A program made the position numbers and the translations under genes. DNA of 64,000 nucleotides from Octopus vulgaris. Lineage: Eukaryota. The number at the start of each line of letters is the position of its first letter. Within the stretch, counting starts at the first letter, position 1. The stretch is taken from assembly GCA_951406725.2 (NCBI GenBank), contig OX597823.1:25420001-25484000 (forward strand). Reading direction: 5' to 3'. Positions 40,340 through 53,365 of the stretch are shown here, piece by piece. The notes under the pieces were generated by a model. The model made no database searches. It saw only the letters and a list, made by a program, of their open reading frames with translations, and had not been told where the DNA came from.

Positions 40340-41775
40340 TGGATTCAAGATGTGCGCAATAATCTACCTGAAACGTGGCAAGGTATAGTCCCTATCAGGG
40401 ATAGAATTACCGAATAGAGACTTGATTAAACAAATTGAAACGGAAGGATACAAATACCTTGGTGTACTAGATTTCAACGATATAATGGGAAAGTGAATGA
40501 AAGGGCAACTGAGGAAGGAATACTTCCGAAGACTGAGGTTGGTGTGGCGCTCAGAATTGACTGGTTGGAATAAAATCCAAACAGTTAATACGTGGGCGAT
40601 GGCATTACTGCGGTAAGGAGTGGGAGTTATAAAATGGGAAAAGAGACAAGTGAAGAAAATGGATACCATGACTAGAAAAATGTTAACAGTAAACGGAGCC
40701 TTCCATGCTAAGAGTGACTCCGATAGGCTGTACTTGTCCAGAAGAAAAGTTGGGAGATGTTTGATCAGTTAACAGGACTTATCGAAGCAGAGGAAAACAG
40801 CTTAAGGTGGTATAAAAAATGCCGTGGAGCCACTGTTGAAACACACGGAGAAGGTCGGCATCATCAAAACTGAAAATTGTGCAACTAAAGAAAAATTTAA
40901 ACAAGAAATGAAAAAAAGAAAGAGCAGGGAATGTGGAGAAAATGTACGGTCAATTTTCAAGATATGTGAACGCCAAGACAGATACAGAGAACCAGTGGCT
41001 ATGGATGTGGAAGAGTAACCTGAAGATAGAGACAGAAGCACTCATATGCGCAGCTGAGGAACAAGCGTTAAGGTCCAATTATATGAAGTGCAGAATAGAC
41101 AACACTACCAGTAGCGACAAATACAGAATGTATGGTGAGAGAGGTGAAATAGTATAGCACATTGTTAGCGAATGCAGAAATTGGCACAACGTGAATACAA
41201 AAGACACCATGACAATGTGATAAGAATGATCCATTGGGAGCCCTGTAGCAATCACGGTTTTCAGAGAGCAAAGACACAGTATGAGCAAACTCCAGAAGGA
41301 GTCACCAAAAATGAGAATTGCAAAATCTTGTCGGATGCAATAATCCAGTGAGATCAGCCGGCCAGACATCGGAAACCGGACATTGTTGTGGTGAATAAAA
41401 CAGAAAGAACATGTATGATAATCAACATAGCATGCCCCGGTGACAACATGACCAATGTGAATGATGAAGAGAAAATAAAAAACTATGACGAATTGAAGTG
41501 GGAAATACGAAGTTTGTGGTCAATGAAGAGAGTAGGCATGATGCCAGTTGTAATTGGTGCACTTGGAAGTATCAGCTCTCAACTACCAACATGGATGAAA
41601 AAGACTGATGTAAGTGTGAAGGTAGAATACCTACAAAAATCAGCATTGTTTGGAACTGCAAGAATTCTTAGTAGGATTCTTGAAGCATGACCAATAAACA
41701 AGTGTCACCTTAGTCTGCTGGCTGTAGACAAAAGACACTTTCAATCATACTCATCGAAATAAGCTGTGAGTTTCC

Positions 41776-41860
<85 letters not shown>
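40340..41860 (+). mobile_element. R4/Dong-clade non-LTR retrotransposon, 3' half (RT thumb, CCHC, REL endonuclease), ending in (TAA)n
   Basis: GYKYLGV, NKIQTVNTWA, DRLYLSRRK, ETEALICAAEEQAL, HIVSEC, RHRKPDIVVVNK..INIACP, PVVIGALG. (TAA)n tail at 41779-41860. Confidence 0.88.
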
Positions 41861-42381
41861 TTTTTAAAAATTAGGTACAAAGCCAAAACTCTGGAAAAAA
41901 AGTTTAATCTACTAAATTGACCACACAGTTGATTGGTACTTTATTTTATTAATCCTAGAGAGATGAAAGGCAAAGTTGCCCATGAGAGGATTTGAAATGA
42001 GAATGTAAAGTAACAGAACAAATTCCATAAGTTAGTGTCCTGTGCTTTGCCTTTCAACCAATAACAATAATTGTTTCTAATATAGGCAAAGAACCTGAAG
42101 ATTTACAGGAAGAGATCTGTCAATTTAATCTAACCCAGAGCTTGATTTGTACATTATCTTATTTGCTTCGGAGGAATGAAAGCCAAAGTTAACCTCGGAA
42201 GTGTTTGATCTCAAAATATATAGAAACGGAACAATTAACGCAAGGCATTTTTCCCAACGCTTTACAGCTTTTACCAGCCCAGCAACCTTTTAACTAATAA
42301 TAATAAAAGCAATAAGAATTTGCGTGTGCAGCTGTAGATTTCCACTACGACGTCAATGGAAAATTGTTTAGTTTTTGACGT

Positions 42382-42516
42382 TCAGGGACGGTCATGAAGT
42401 TGGTGTTTATTGGAATTCAGAAGATGTTTTCCTTCGTCTTTGTTGTTCCATAGTTTTCTAAAATCTTCAATCTTTGGTAAATATTTTGACAATATCTGAC
42501 ATGTCAAAAGTAAAGT
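42382..42516 (-). CDS. SLC18B1: SLC18B1-like gene A terminal coding exon (135 nt incl. TGA): TLLLTCQILSKYLPKIEDFRKLWNNKDEGKHLLNSNKHQLHDRP*
   Basis: Acceptor tgtttcttttacag in phase 0, matching the preceding exon. Encodes the end of TM12 followed by a hydrophilic tail with an ExxxLL motif. Confidence 0.8.
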   Translation of the reverse strand, partial: TLLLTCQILSKYLPKIEDFRKLWNNKDEGKHLLNSNKHQLHDRP

Positions 42517-42916
42517 CTGTAAAAGAAACAAATCACAGCGACATCATCATCAGAGACATCATTTTCATGATCATAACATTGTTAAATCAGTAGCAACATA
42601 AATGAAAAAGGAGGAGGAGGATGCCTCTATGCAATCGTTGACTTAATATAACCAGTAACTAAATCTTCAAATAATAACCTATCGTAAATATTTTGAATAA
42701 ACTAATCCTGGATAGAATATGCCAGAAAACTAACTTCAAGACTCACTTTATGCTCATACTATGCTGTACAGATCACAATGAGTTCATGTTTGTATCATCA
42801 CGAACAGCACACTTTTTGTAGCCATCGTGTTATTTAATCCTCTGTATCGTGAAAGTTTTGCCAGTCACAAACATCTGTGTTTACAAATGTATGTGTATGT
42901 GAAATTGTCATTTTTC

Positions 42917-42974
<58 letters not shown>

Positions 42975-43190
42975 CAAGGTACAAATATCCGAGTTAGATT
43001 GTATATGTGTCTTCTGTTTATATTTTTGATATCTTGTAAACACTTCGAGGCGTATTGCACGACCGTCTCAGTGGATAAAATTTTTACAAATTATATTTCT
43101 CCTGAAGTGTGAAACGCAAAGTTAGTTTCTGCAAAATGGAACTCTGAACGCAAAAATAAATGAATAAATATATAAATAATAATAATAATA

Positions 43191-43233
<43 letters not shown>

Positions 43234-43289
43234 GCTTCCTTGCTGGAGCGGGCCTCCCAAAATGTTAAAAGAAGATATATTATGCCTTG

Positions 43290-43720
43290 TTCACAAAGGA
43301 GGAAGAAGAGCAGATACTAAAAATTACAGGCTTATCCTCTCTAACTTCATATGTTAGTAAAGTCATGGAACTCATTGTCAGAAGGAGGCTTATTGTGTTC
43401 CTAGAGGAACATATCTTGCTCACAAACACGGAACATGGCTTCCATTCGGGAAGGAGCTGCCTCACACAGCTACTACAGCATTTCGACTGGGTAATGAAGA
43501 AACAGCTCAGCCGTTCAAACGTAGAAATGATATATCTCAACTTTGCTAAGGCCTCCGACAAAGATGATCATGGGATATATCACAAACTGTGTGACCTTGG
43601 TATCACTGAAAAACTAGGTGATTGACTGCATAACGTTTTAGGAAGTAGAAGTCAGAGACTTGCAGCAAATGAAAAGACATCAATTCTCAACCGAATCCCT
43701 CAGGGAACTGTACTGGAACC
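43290..43720 (+). mobile_element. CR1-clade LINE RT fragment
   Basis: SLTSYVSKVME..EHGFHSGRSCLTQLL..IYLNFAKASDKDDHG, followed by IPQGTVLEP. Confidence 0.85.
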
Positions 43721-43735
43721 ATATATACATATATT

Positions 43736-43777
<42 letters not shown>

Positions 43778-44091
43778 TATATATATATATATATATACTT
43801 TGATACTTTGATAGGTTTCGGCCATTATTGGCCCAGGCCATGTCTAACTTAATAGCACCACCTGGTGCTATTATATATATATATATATAATAAATATTAT
43901 TATATATATATATATAATAAATATTAGGGAATAAATCCAAATTTACAGGGAAAAAATCAGATTTAGGATTAAATCCAATTTTATAGTAAAATATTATATA
44001 ATATTATTAGAGACAAAACCACTATTTTGCAAAACAAACAAGGAAAGACTTAATCAATACATAAAATTTTAATAAAAAGTCAAAAAAACCG

Positions 44092-44133
44092 CCACTACAA
44101 TTGTTTCTTTTCTGATCGACAATCTTCAGGTGG
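44092..44133 (-). ncRNA. Minimal type I hammerhead ribozyme with intact catalytic core
   Basis: CCAC-CTGAAGA-TTGTC(GATCA)GAAAA-GAAAC-AATT-GTA-GTGG: stem I CCAC/GTGG, palindromic loop III AATT, GUA cleavage triplet. Confidence 0.78.
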
Positions 44134-44157
44134 ACTTCCAATTTTCAAGTCAGTTTC

Positions 44158-44229
<72 letters not shown>

Positions 44230-44231
<2 letters not shown>

Positions 44232-44406
44232 ACTGCAGCGTGGAAGGTGTTTATAAGCCATTTAAGAAACACATAAAACCGTTAGATTCACTTCAACATT
44301 TGTGTGTTTCTTAAATGGCTTATAAACACCTTCCACGCTGCAATTGTTTTCGTTCCAGCACACGATCTCAGATCAAGTCACTCGCTATGCAAGTACATCT
44401 CCGTAA
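44230..44406. mobile_element. Collapsed MITE hairpin; same family as about 1440-1583
   Basis: Inverted arms of about 43 bp (tgcagcgtggaaggtgtttataagccatttaagaaacaca). The 3' end gatcaagtcact.gctatgcaagtacatctccgtaa is shared with 1548-1583. Confidence 0.7.
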
Positions 44407-44460
<54 letters not shown>

Positions 44461-44464
44461 CCTA

Positions 44465-44510
<46 letters not shown>

Positions 44511-44769
44511 AATAAGAAAATGGTGAAACAAATTCATTTCGATCATCAACTTACGGATATTACAATTTCACATTATTTATTAATTATACAAATGGGAACA
44601 TCAAAATCGAACAAAACAATATACATCAATATGTAATATAATAATAAAAATAAAAATAATACAAATAAACTGCTCCTTTCAGCTGATAACTGATATCCCA
44701 TAGTGAGTTACTTTCATAACCCCTATCTTACTTTGTACTATTTTTTTTATTTATATATATATATATACG

Positions 44770-45022
44770 TGGAGGCGCGTGGCTTAGTAGTTTGGGTGTG
44801 TCAGTATCACGATCGTAAGATTGTGGTTTCGATTCCTGGACCGGGCGACGCGTTGTGTTCTTGAGCAAAACACTTCATTTCACGTTGTTCCAGTCCACTC
44901 AGCTAGCAAAAATGAGAAAACGCTGCGATGGACTGGCCTCCCGTCCAGCTGGGGAACATATACGCCATAGAAACCGGGAAACCGGGCCCATGAGCCTGGG
45001 TAGGCTTTAAAAGGGCGCAAAG
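44770..45022 (+). mobile_element. tRNA-derived SINE (V-SINE-like family)
   Basis: Head ggaggcgcgtggcttagt..ggtttcgattcc, then gttgtgttcttgagcaaaacactt and gcgatggactggc..ccgtccag. Confidence 0.8.
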
Positions 45023-45048
45023 AAGAAAAAATATATATATATATATAC

Positions 45049-45097
<49 letters not shown>

Positions 45098-45170
45098 TGT
45101 GTGTGTGTGTGTCTCCTTCATTTTTGACAAGGAAAGAATGAAATACCAATGAAGCAACAGAGCTACTTAC

Positions 45171-45264
45171 AGTTAATAATATAAGAAATGCTATGTGGGT
45201 AAGACTCCATCTATAGCCAAATATATCTAAAATAGGTCCAGCAATTATAAATCCAGTGAAATGT
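45171..45264 (-). CDS. SLC18B1: SLC18B1-like gene A exon (94 nt, phase 2-0): HFTGFIIAGPILDIFGYRWSLTHIAFLILLT
   Basis: Acceptor ttttgtttttcgcag and donor gtaagt. Matches human AFMGPTLGGFLYEKIGFEWAAAIQGLWALIS, with GY-RW in place of GF-EW. Confidence 0.9.
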
Positions 45265-45351
45265 CTGCGAAAAACAAAATCATAAAAAAGAAATATTACA
45301 AAGTTATGCTATTTTGTTTGTAACAAGCATTATGAAATTAGCATTATTAAC

Positions 45352-45499
<148 letters not shown>

Positions 45500-45690
45500 C
45501 CTGTCTACTAAAGGCACAATGCCTGAAATCATGGGGGAAGGGATTAGTCGATTACATCCACCCCAATACCTGACTGGTACTTAATTTATCGACCCCCGAA
45601 AGGGTGAAAGGCAAAGTCGACCTCGGCAGAATTTGAACTCATAACGTAAAGGCACACAAAATACCGCTAAGTATTTTGTCTAGCGTGGTG
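45500..45690 (-). mobile_element. tRNA-derived SINE, second family
   Basis: Reverse complement of the 63829-64000 family. Confidence 0.8.
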
Positions 45691-46980
45691 ACGATCTTTG
45701 CTAACTTGGACCAAACAGGAGCCGCCCCAAGCAAATCTCGGGGTCAAATTGTTCGATTAATGGCGATGCTCCAGTATGGCTACAGTCAAATGACTGAAAC
45801 AAATAATAGAATATTTCTGCATTTCAATATGTAAAACAATTACATGAAAAATATAGAGAACGTTCTTAAATTTGTTATGTTGTATGTATTCATCATTATT
45901 ATAGAAATAGAAGATAATAAACTAATTAATTGGATAGATGGCTAAATGTCGATATTAAAATACATATCGTTTCAAAGTATTACATAAGAATACGCAGGAA
46001 GTTAGTGCTCATCTCGTGGAACAAAGATTCTGGCATAAAATTTAAATCGTCACTTTATATAACCCTAAGCACAACATTCCAGAAACTTCGAATTGCAAAT
46101 GGACGAAATTTTCATAATCCGTTGATGTTTGCCGCCGTTAGTCGATACATGCCAACAATGCTGATTGACCGGTAAACGTTCACATGGGGATTCTATATGT
46201 ATAAACTGTAGTATTTTGGTAGAAATCCAAGCAAGGTGGTTCGAATCTGGCTAGAACATAGCATTAAGTGCATGAACATTATAGAGAACAAAGCACAAAA
46301 CACAAAATTAAAAGAAACATAAATGAGAAAGAGTGTATATCTACATTAAGTATAGTGCTGGCAAGTTTTGGGAAGATGAAAGTTTTGAAAGTTGTGTGCT
46401 GACAAATAACAACTGCCACGGATGTTTATGCTATGCTTCAACAATTCTGAATGTGAAAAAAATCTTTCCGAACATCATAGATGCTGCGCTGATTTATATT
46501 AAATAAGGATGTCCATGGGTAATAAAGATATTCAATTCAAAAAGGTGGCCAAAGTTATTGGAAAAGGTGGTGGATATCTTGCGTATCTTGAGTATCTTAT
46601 CTGTGTCTATTATCATTACTGGGAAAATACATAATTAATCAGGTGTAATGTAGGCGACTAAGAGTCGGTGATCGTGTTTATAGTCTTAACTTTAACCCTT
46701 CTCAAATATAACAATATTGGTTTCAATATATGATTTCAGACTCAGAATTCTTTAAAGACATTGAAAATCCAAATACTCATACCTTCTTTCTTCATAGATA
46801 TCTATTTATGTTTTTATAGAAAAGTTTACGTATAATTCCGATTGTATTACTTAAAAATTAATGACACACATATTTCAAAACTTATGTCTCTAGTTTAATC
46901 GGCCCAGAGTTATAGTAGAAAACATTTGCTTAAGGTGTTCTTTCTCTTTCTCCTCTCTATCTCTGTTTCTGTCTTTGTCT

Positions 46981-47015
<35 letters not shown>

Positions 47016-47209
47016 TCTTTAATCTCACCTGAAAAACTGAAAGCGTAGACTAATTGTGTCTGTATCAAAAGTAGCTCATTTGCTATTTTTTCTCTTTCTC
47101 CCCCGCTCTCTGTCTCTGTCTGCCTCTCCTCTCTCTCTCTCTCTGTTTCTCTCTGTCTCTGTCTGACTGTCTTTCTCTCTCTTTCTCCTTCCTCTCTCTC
47201 TCTTTCTCC

Positions 47210-47268
<59 letters not shown>

Positions 47269-47800
47269 CTTTAATCTCACCATCAGAACCTCATCCCATT
47301 GCTAAAACTGTATTTTTAACTCTGCTCTATATCATCACTACCTTCAACATTTTTAACCACGTAATAAATATTACATTCACCCTACCTCATGACATGAACG
47401 CTTATCTCACCATCTTTTCTCTCTCCCTCTTTTCTTTCTTTCTCTTTCTGCCTCACTCTTCACCTTATCCTCTTTTCTTCTCTTGCTCTTTTCTTTCTCC
47501 ATTTTTTCTCTAATCACATAAAAGCGTTGCCGACGGGTTAAGTAACGTAATGACAAGCAAAATTATTACAAGATGTTTTTGTATCTGCTTGTCAATCTGT
47601 AAACTAAAGTTCCATCATATGCTGTTCATATTGTCAATTCCCAAGACATGTGGTGAGGCATATCCTTATCTCATACCTATTTCTTTATGGTGTTAGTGCT
47701 GATAACACAATCATCTACAACATCATCTAATATAAGGGACGATCAAGAACAGTGCCCAAGAGGCATTTTGCGCAGTAAATATAAATATTTTAATACTTAC

Positions 47801-47875
47801 CCAACATATATACTTGTGTAGAAAATGCTGTTTATTGTACTGGATTCTTGTAAAGTTTGCTCCGTTTTATCGCCA
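47801..47875 (-). CDS. SLC18B1: SLC18B1-like gene A exon (75 nt, phase 2-2): GDKTEQTLQESSTINSIFYTSIYV(G)
   Basis: Acceptor tttgacttttag and donor gtaagt. Corresponds to human NGFEEGLSTLGLVSGLFSAMWSIG. Phase compatible. Confidence 0.85.
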
Positions 47876-48671
47876 CTAAAAGTCAAACACAAATACAATT
47901 TGTCAAAGATGTAAACTGAACTGTAATGCAATGTCTGATAAATACCTTTTAAATACAATGTTGTCTTGAAATGACTAAAATTAGAGCCTACAATCGCTAA
48001 TTTTCATCTCCTTGCTGCATCCCTACAAGAATATCTTACCACCTTAACCTTATAAATCTGTAGTTTCATTTGTTCCAGCTAGTTATGTCCAAAGTTCAAA
48101 TAGCATGGCTTACACAGATGGCTGACTTAACCTTTCACCCAGTTTAACACCACAGCGTGGTACCTTGAGTTTCCTTTAGCGAGTTTAGCATAGTTCACTC
48201 AGTTTCAAGCAGGAGGAACAGATTTCCAGTTCCTCCTTCTCACAAGTCTCTCGGAGGCCCTGTAATGAGTCATGGGAAAAGCCTTCCCTCTTGACTAAAA
48301 AATAAAAAAGAAAGGAACTGTATTTCTACGATTGTCGACAGCCTATTCTAATTAACTTCAATTTTCGTCTTCCTTTGACCCATTCTTTTGTTTCCAGAAT
48401 AAAACATGGTATTCTGCAGATCATCTTACTGGACATAGCTCCTCCTGATCAGGATGCCAGTCTCTAATAGGTTTTGCATTATATGCCAAGCTGAGAGATG
48501 TAGATTGCCTCGACAGAATGATATTGGATTACCTGCCAAGAGGTCATAGATTAGTATTTGCTTACTAGAGATGTTGACACTAGTCAATACACTTATTTCT
48601 AGTTCAGTTGGGTAAACAGCTATCACTGTTTAGTTCATCATTCTCCAGTGCTGGCTGTGAAAGTACAGCAG

Positions 48672-51600
48672 TATAGTTTGTGTATAGCTATACGCAAAAA
48701 TATTAACGGAGACCCAGATTTATTCAGTTAAGTACATGAGAGCAGAAGATATATTCAGTTGGTAGCGATAGCCGCCAGTCAACTCCTGCTTAGTAGAACA
48801 TCCGCTTAACCGGAAGTCAAATTCACCGCAGACCATCTCCCTAGCTTGTCCGCAGCGAAGTTCCTGTCTACAGTCCATCTGCCATAAATTCTTGGGCCTA
48901 CATATAGCTCTCCGCCCTCCATATAGCTCTGTCGTTGGAACCGGGAAGGCGTTTTAACTGCCCTGCCTATGCTTGTGGTTACACGGCTCTTTGGTGATTG
49001 TTCCTTGTCGAGGGTTGGTGTGATTTGCTTGGGGCGGCTCCTGTTTGGTGGTCGAGCTACTTGGACGGAGCTATCATTATCAAGATGGGCCGTCTTCAAC
49101 ATTTTGATCGAAGCTGCGCCTTGTCGTCCGCCAACTAAGATTTGGAATGATCTGTCTCCTGAACATATGATTTTCAATGGGTCATCGTAAGGTGACTGGA
49201 GAGGTTTTCACGTCGAACGAACACGAAGTTATCTGTGCAGAGGTCGTTTGATACGGATGATCTAGGTGCAACATGAGAATAGGGCGCAACTGGCCCACAC
49301 TCTCTCTGTTGCGCGAGGTATCTTTTGACATCCGGGTCTGATTTCAGGTTCGGAAGGAACTCTCCTAACACTGTAAGAGGGGCACTATACACCATTTCCG
49401 CGGAAGAAGTGTTGAGATTTTCCTTTGGGGCGGTGCGATTTCCCAGCATCACCCATGGAAGTTGATCAAGCCAAATGGACCCGTTAAGTCTGGTTGTCAG
49501 GGATTCCTTCAGGCGGCAATGAAATCTCTCCACTAACCCGTTGGCCTGTGGATGGTAGGCTGTTACACGCTTCATTGTGATTCCAAAAAGATCGCACATG
49601 TCATTCCACAGCTTTGGGGTGAATTGTGGACCCCGATCGGATAAAATGCTGTCTGGGACACCGAAAGGGGCAACTCAGTTTGTGATGAAGGCTCGGCTGA
49701 CTTCTTGTGTTTCCATGTTGCGGCCGACAAGGTCAATGCTAACGTAGCTAAATCGGGTCTTTGGTGATTCATAGTTACCGAGAGGTGCTTTAGTGTGCTA
49801 ATGAACATTGGCTTATCGACAGTGGATGCAGGTCTTGGTCCACTCCCCAGTTTGTTTGGCCATACCGTGCCAGATAAATTTGCTCAACAGCAGGTGCCGT
49901 GTGGCTCTATTACCCGGATGGTACAGTCCATGAATGACGTCGAAAACTTTCTTGCGCCAGGCTGATGGGACGATCAATCGTAGCTTCCCAGTGGTTACAT
50001 GACACAGCAGGATTATGCCACTGGAGCCAAATGCACATCCTGCAAGGAAAGTGACGTGATAGCAGTGCGGTAGGTCCTACTATCGTCATCTGTCGGATTG
50101 CAACGTGAACACTGCAAACCTACGGTCTTCAAGAAAATAGCAAAAGTGGCAGACACCTAGATAGACAGCCAGCAGGTCGTAGTTGTTGACTGAAGAAGGC
50201 AAGTGGTCGCCACTGACCAAAATGCCCCCAGTGGGTGTGTCGGAGGTATTGACTGTGAGTGTAGTCAAACATGACATATGAGGATAGGACAGCATGATTG
50301 CTTTAGCCAGAGTTTGTTTAGTGAATTTGCAGGCTGGGGTCATTGCACCATCCCACTCCACCTATCTTTTCGAACCATCTTTTGACAGTCCCTCTTGCTG
50401 CAGAAGGGATGAGGCATGGTAAAAGTTTACCATGGCCAGAAATTGGTGTACAGCTTTGCTTGAGGAGGAGCGTGAAATGGATATGATAGCTTTCCTTTTT
50501 CTGGCAAGGACGTAGAACCAGCGCCTGTGATTCAGTGTTCCAGGAAGTCAATTTCTGTAACACCAAAAACTCACTTAGCGGGGTTGATTACTAGACCATA
50601 CTGTCAAAGTCTATCAAAAACAGTAACTCGGCGCTTCTTGTGTAGCTTCGCATTTTGGCTTGCGATAAGGATATCATCTAAATATGCAAAGTCAAAGTCA
50701 AGACCCTGCACGTGGTGTCCATAAAGCGTTGGAAGGCTTGTACCACGTTTTTCAGAGCAAAGGGTGTACGTAGAAAATCATACTGCCCGTAACGAGTGGT
50801 TACTGCGACTTACGGTACATCATCGTCTTGTACTGGTAACCACGGAAGAAATCGGCCTTCGAGAAAACCGAGCACCTGGCTAACTGGGCTGAGAAGTCCT
50901 GTATGTGCTAAAAAGGATTTGCATTGAGATAGCAGTAATCTCCGCAAGGTTGCAAACCTCGGTTGGGTTTTGGTGCCACATGAAGGGGTGACGACCAGGG
51001 ACTGCTTGATCGACGAACTATGCCCAACGCCTCTATATTACCAAACTCAGCCTTTGCAATAGCAATTCGTCTAGTGGTAGAGGACGTTCACGGCTGTATA
51101 CTGGAGGGCCAGTGATGGGGATGTGGTGTGTTGCTCCATAGCAGGTTGTAAGTTTGGAGAATGTCGGCGTGGGGCGACTCGAAAGGAGACTCGAGAATTC
51201 ATTCTAGGTCTGAGAGACCGTTGCTATGCGGGAGGCAGCATGTGCAGATGTTGCCAGAGACACGGAGGCATATGTGTTGTTGTTGATGAGTCGTCTCCCC
51301 TGCAAATCAACCAGTTGCAAGTATGCTCGAAGAAAGTCTGCCCCGATAATGGGCTGATGGACATCGGCGATGGTGAATGCCCATGTGTATTTTGTGAGTC
51401 GATGTTGAGAGAATTGATGCGGCAACCGAACGCCTCGATTGTGGGGCCACTGACAGCCGTTAAAGGTTGACTGTTGCTTTCAGTAACGGAGGTCCCTTGC
51501 CGACGAAGGGATCAAGCTGACTTCTGCTCCTGTGTCGATTAAGAACCTACGTCCGAAGGTCCGATCTCAGACATAGAGGAGCAGGTGATCATGTCTGCCG

Positions 51601-52548
51601 GCCACCAGGGTATTCAATGGCGGTCGGCCCTGGATTTTCCAGGGGCCGATGGCCAAGGAGTCCTGAAGCAACATGGTTGTTTGCATTTCGTAGACTTTTT
51701 GCCGAACTTTGTGTGGTGGAAGCACAGGTCGTCTTGTTTAACTCTATCATGTCTCAGGGCAGACCCAATTGCGTTGACTATAACACTACTAGATAAAAAA
51801 ATGTTTGTTGGCTGCTTTCACAAACTGCCGCAGGTCCTTGATCTCGGTCTGAGTTATGAGGGTCTGGATCTAGAGTGGTAACTTGCCTAGGGATATTTCC
51901 CAAAATAAAAAGGAAAGTGATTCATCAGGGGGAACTAATGCCAACATCATGTCTATCAACTCCGAAGGTATGGAATCGCCTAATTCTTCCTTTAGTATCT
52001 TGATGCCGCTTCCCGTTCGCTCCAACGGAATGTATCCACCAGGCTGTCTTTTAACGTAGTGTATTTGTGCGTTGCTGGGGGTTGTATTAAAATGTCCAGC
52101 ACCTTCGTGGCCGTGTCTTCACCTAGTGCCGCTACTACACACGAATATTTTGTTAGGTTTGGAGTTTTATTGCGTACGTTAAGTTGCACTTCAGCCTGCA
52201 CAAACCATAGCTCAGATCTCTTCAACCAGAACTGTGGTAGCTTCAGTACAGTTGTGTGATCTCTTGCTATGTTTCTTTGACTTCGATGTGCGATGCGAAA
52301 GCTGTTGTTCTTTCGAGGGGGTCACCAGTTATAGCTTTATTTAAGCTATACACAAAAAAAATTAAATAAGACCCACAATGTAATAATGAAAGATTAATTC
52401 AGTTAAATACATGAAGAGAGCGATAGCCGCCAGTCAACTCTTGCTTAGTAGAAAGCCTGCATAACCGGAAGTCAACTTCGCCAGCTAGCCCGCAGCGAAG
52501 TTCCTGTCTACATTTCATCTTTCATAGATCTTTGGGCAGTACCCTACA
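48672..52548 (-). mobile_element. Degenerate, near-complete Gypsy (CsRn1-like) LTR retrotransposon with both LTRs, in a gene A intron
   Basis: LTRs at 48672-48902 and 52330-52548 share gcgatagccgccagtcaactc..accggaagtcaa..cgcagcgaagttcctgtctaca. PBS tggtgacccc (tRNA-Trp-like); PPT ggagggcggagag. Gag CHCC CFHHTKFGKKSTKCKQPC; FLIDTGAEVS; FAYLDDILIAS; integrase TAYHPQANGLVERFH. Confidence 0.92.
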
Positions 52549-52792
52549 TCAGAATTGATAAAATATTTGTTGATTTGTGATTCTGTGATCGGTTCCTAGC
52601 ATGGCACAATATTAGCTATAAATCAGTATTCTATCTGGGAGGACATTTATCACTTATCTGTTTTACACTTTTGAAACACGGGTTAAGTATCTGCCCAATG
52701 GATGCTAGTAATTCGGGAAAGTTTTGGTTCTCCAACTGTAAAAAGCTCTTATGAACATACCTCTTTCATTGAAATACCTTATACTAACATAG

Positions 52793-53365
52793 GTATGTGA
52801 TAAATATATTTATTTTCATTTTTATTTATCTATCTCTATTTCTTATGTGTATCATAGGTATGTGCAAATATGTCTATTGTGTGTGTATTACCCCGTTTGT
52901 ATCTGTTTTATTTTTGTTTATTTATTTTTCCCTCTCATTTCTCCTTCCTTCTGTCTTTAGTCGTCATGTTGTGTGGTGTTGTGGTGGATGTTATTTTTCT
53001 ATTCGTGTCTTCTGTTGAGGCTCTTTCTGTCTATTGCTATGTGAGTAGCCTCTGTGATCTGTCTAAGTGTCGTGTCAGTTCTATGCATCGATAATTCCTT
53101 AACCTCTATGCTATTAATCGAACCTCTATGTTCTGCTCGAACATGTTGGTAGAGCACGGACACCCACCACTATACCACACAATATAACGACTAAAGACAG
53201 AAGGAAGGAAAAGAGAGAGAGAAAAATAAATTAATAAAAATTAATACAGATTCAAACAGCATAATAAACACACAGCAGACATATATGCACATACCTATGA
53301 TGCATATAAGAAATAGAGATAGATAAATAAAAATAGAAATAAATAAATATATTTATCACATACCT
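52793..53365. mobile_element. Foldback element with imperfect inverted arms of about 200 bp
   Basis: 52793-52990 is the reverse complement of 53160-53365 (for example ttccttctgtctttagtcgt / acgactaaagacagaaggaagg). Confidence 0.75.
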
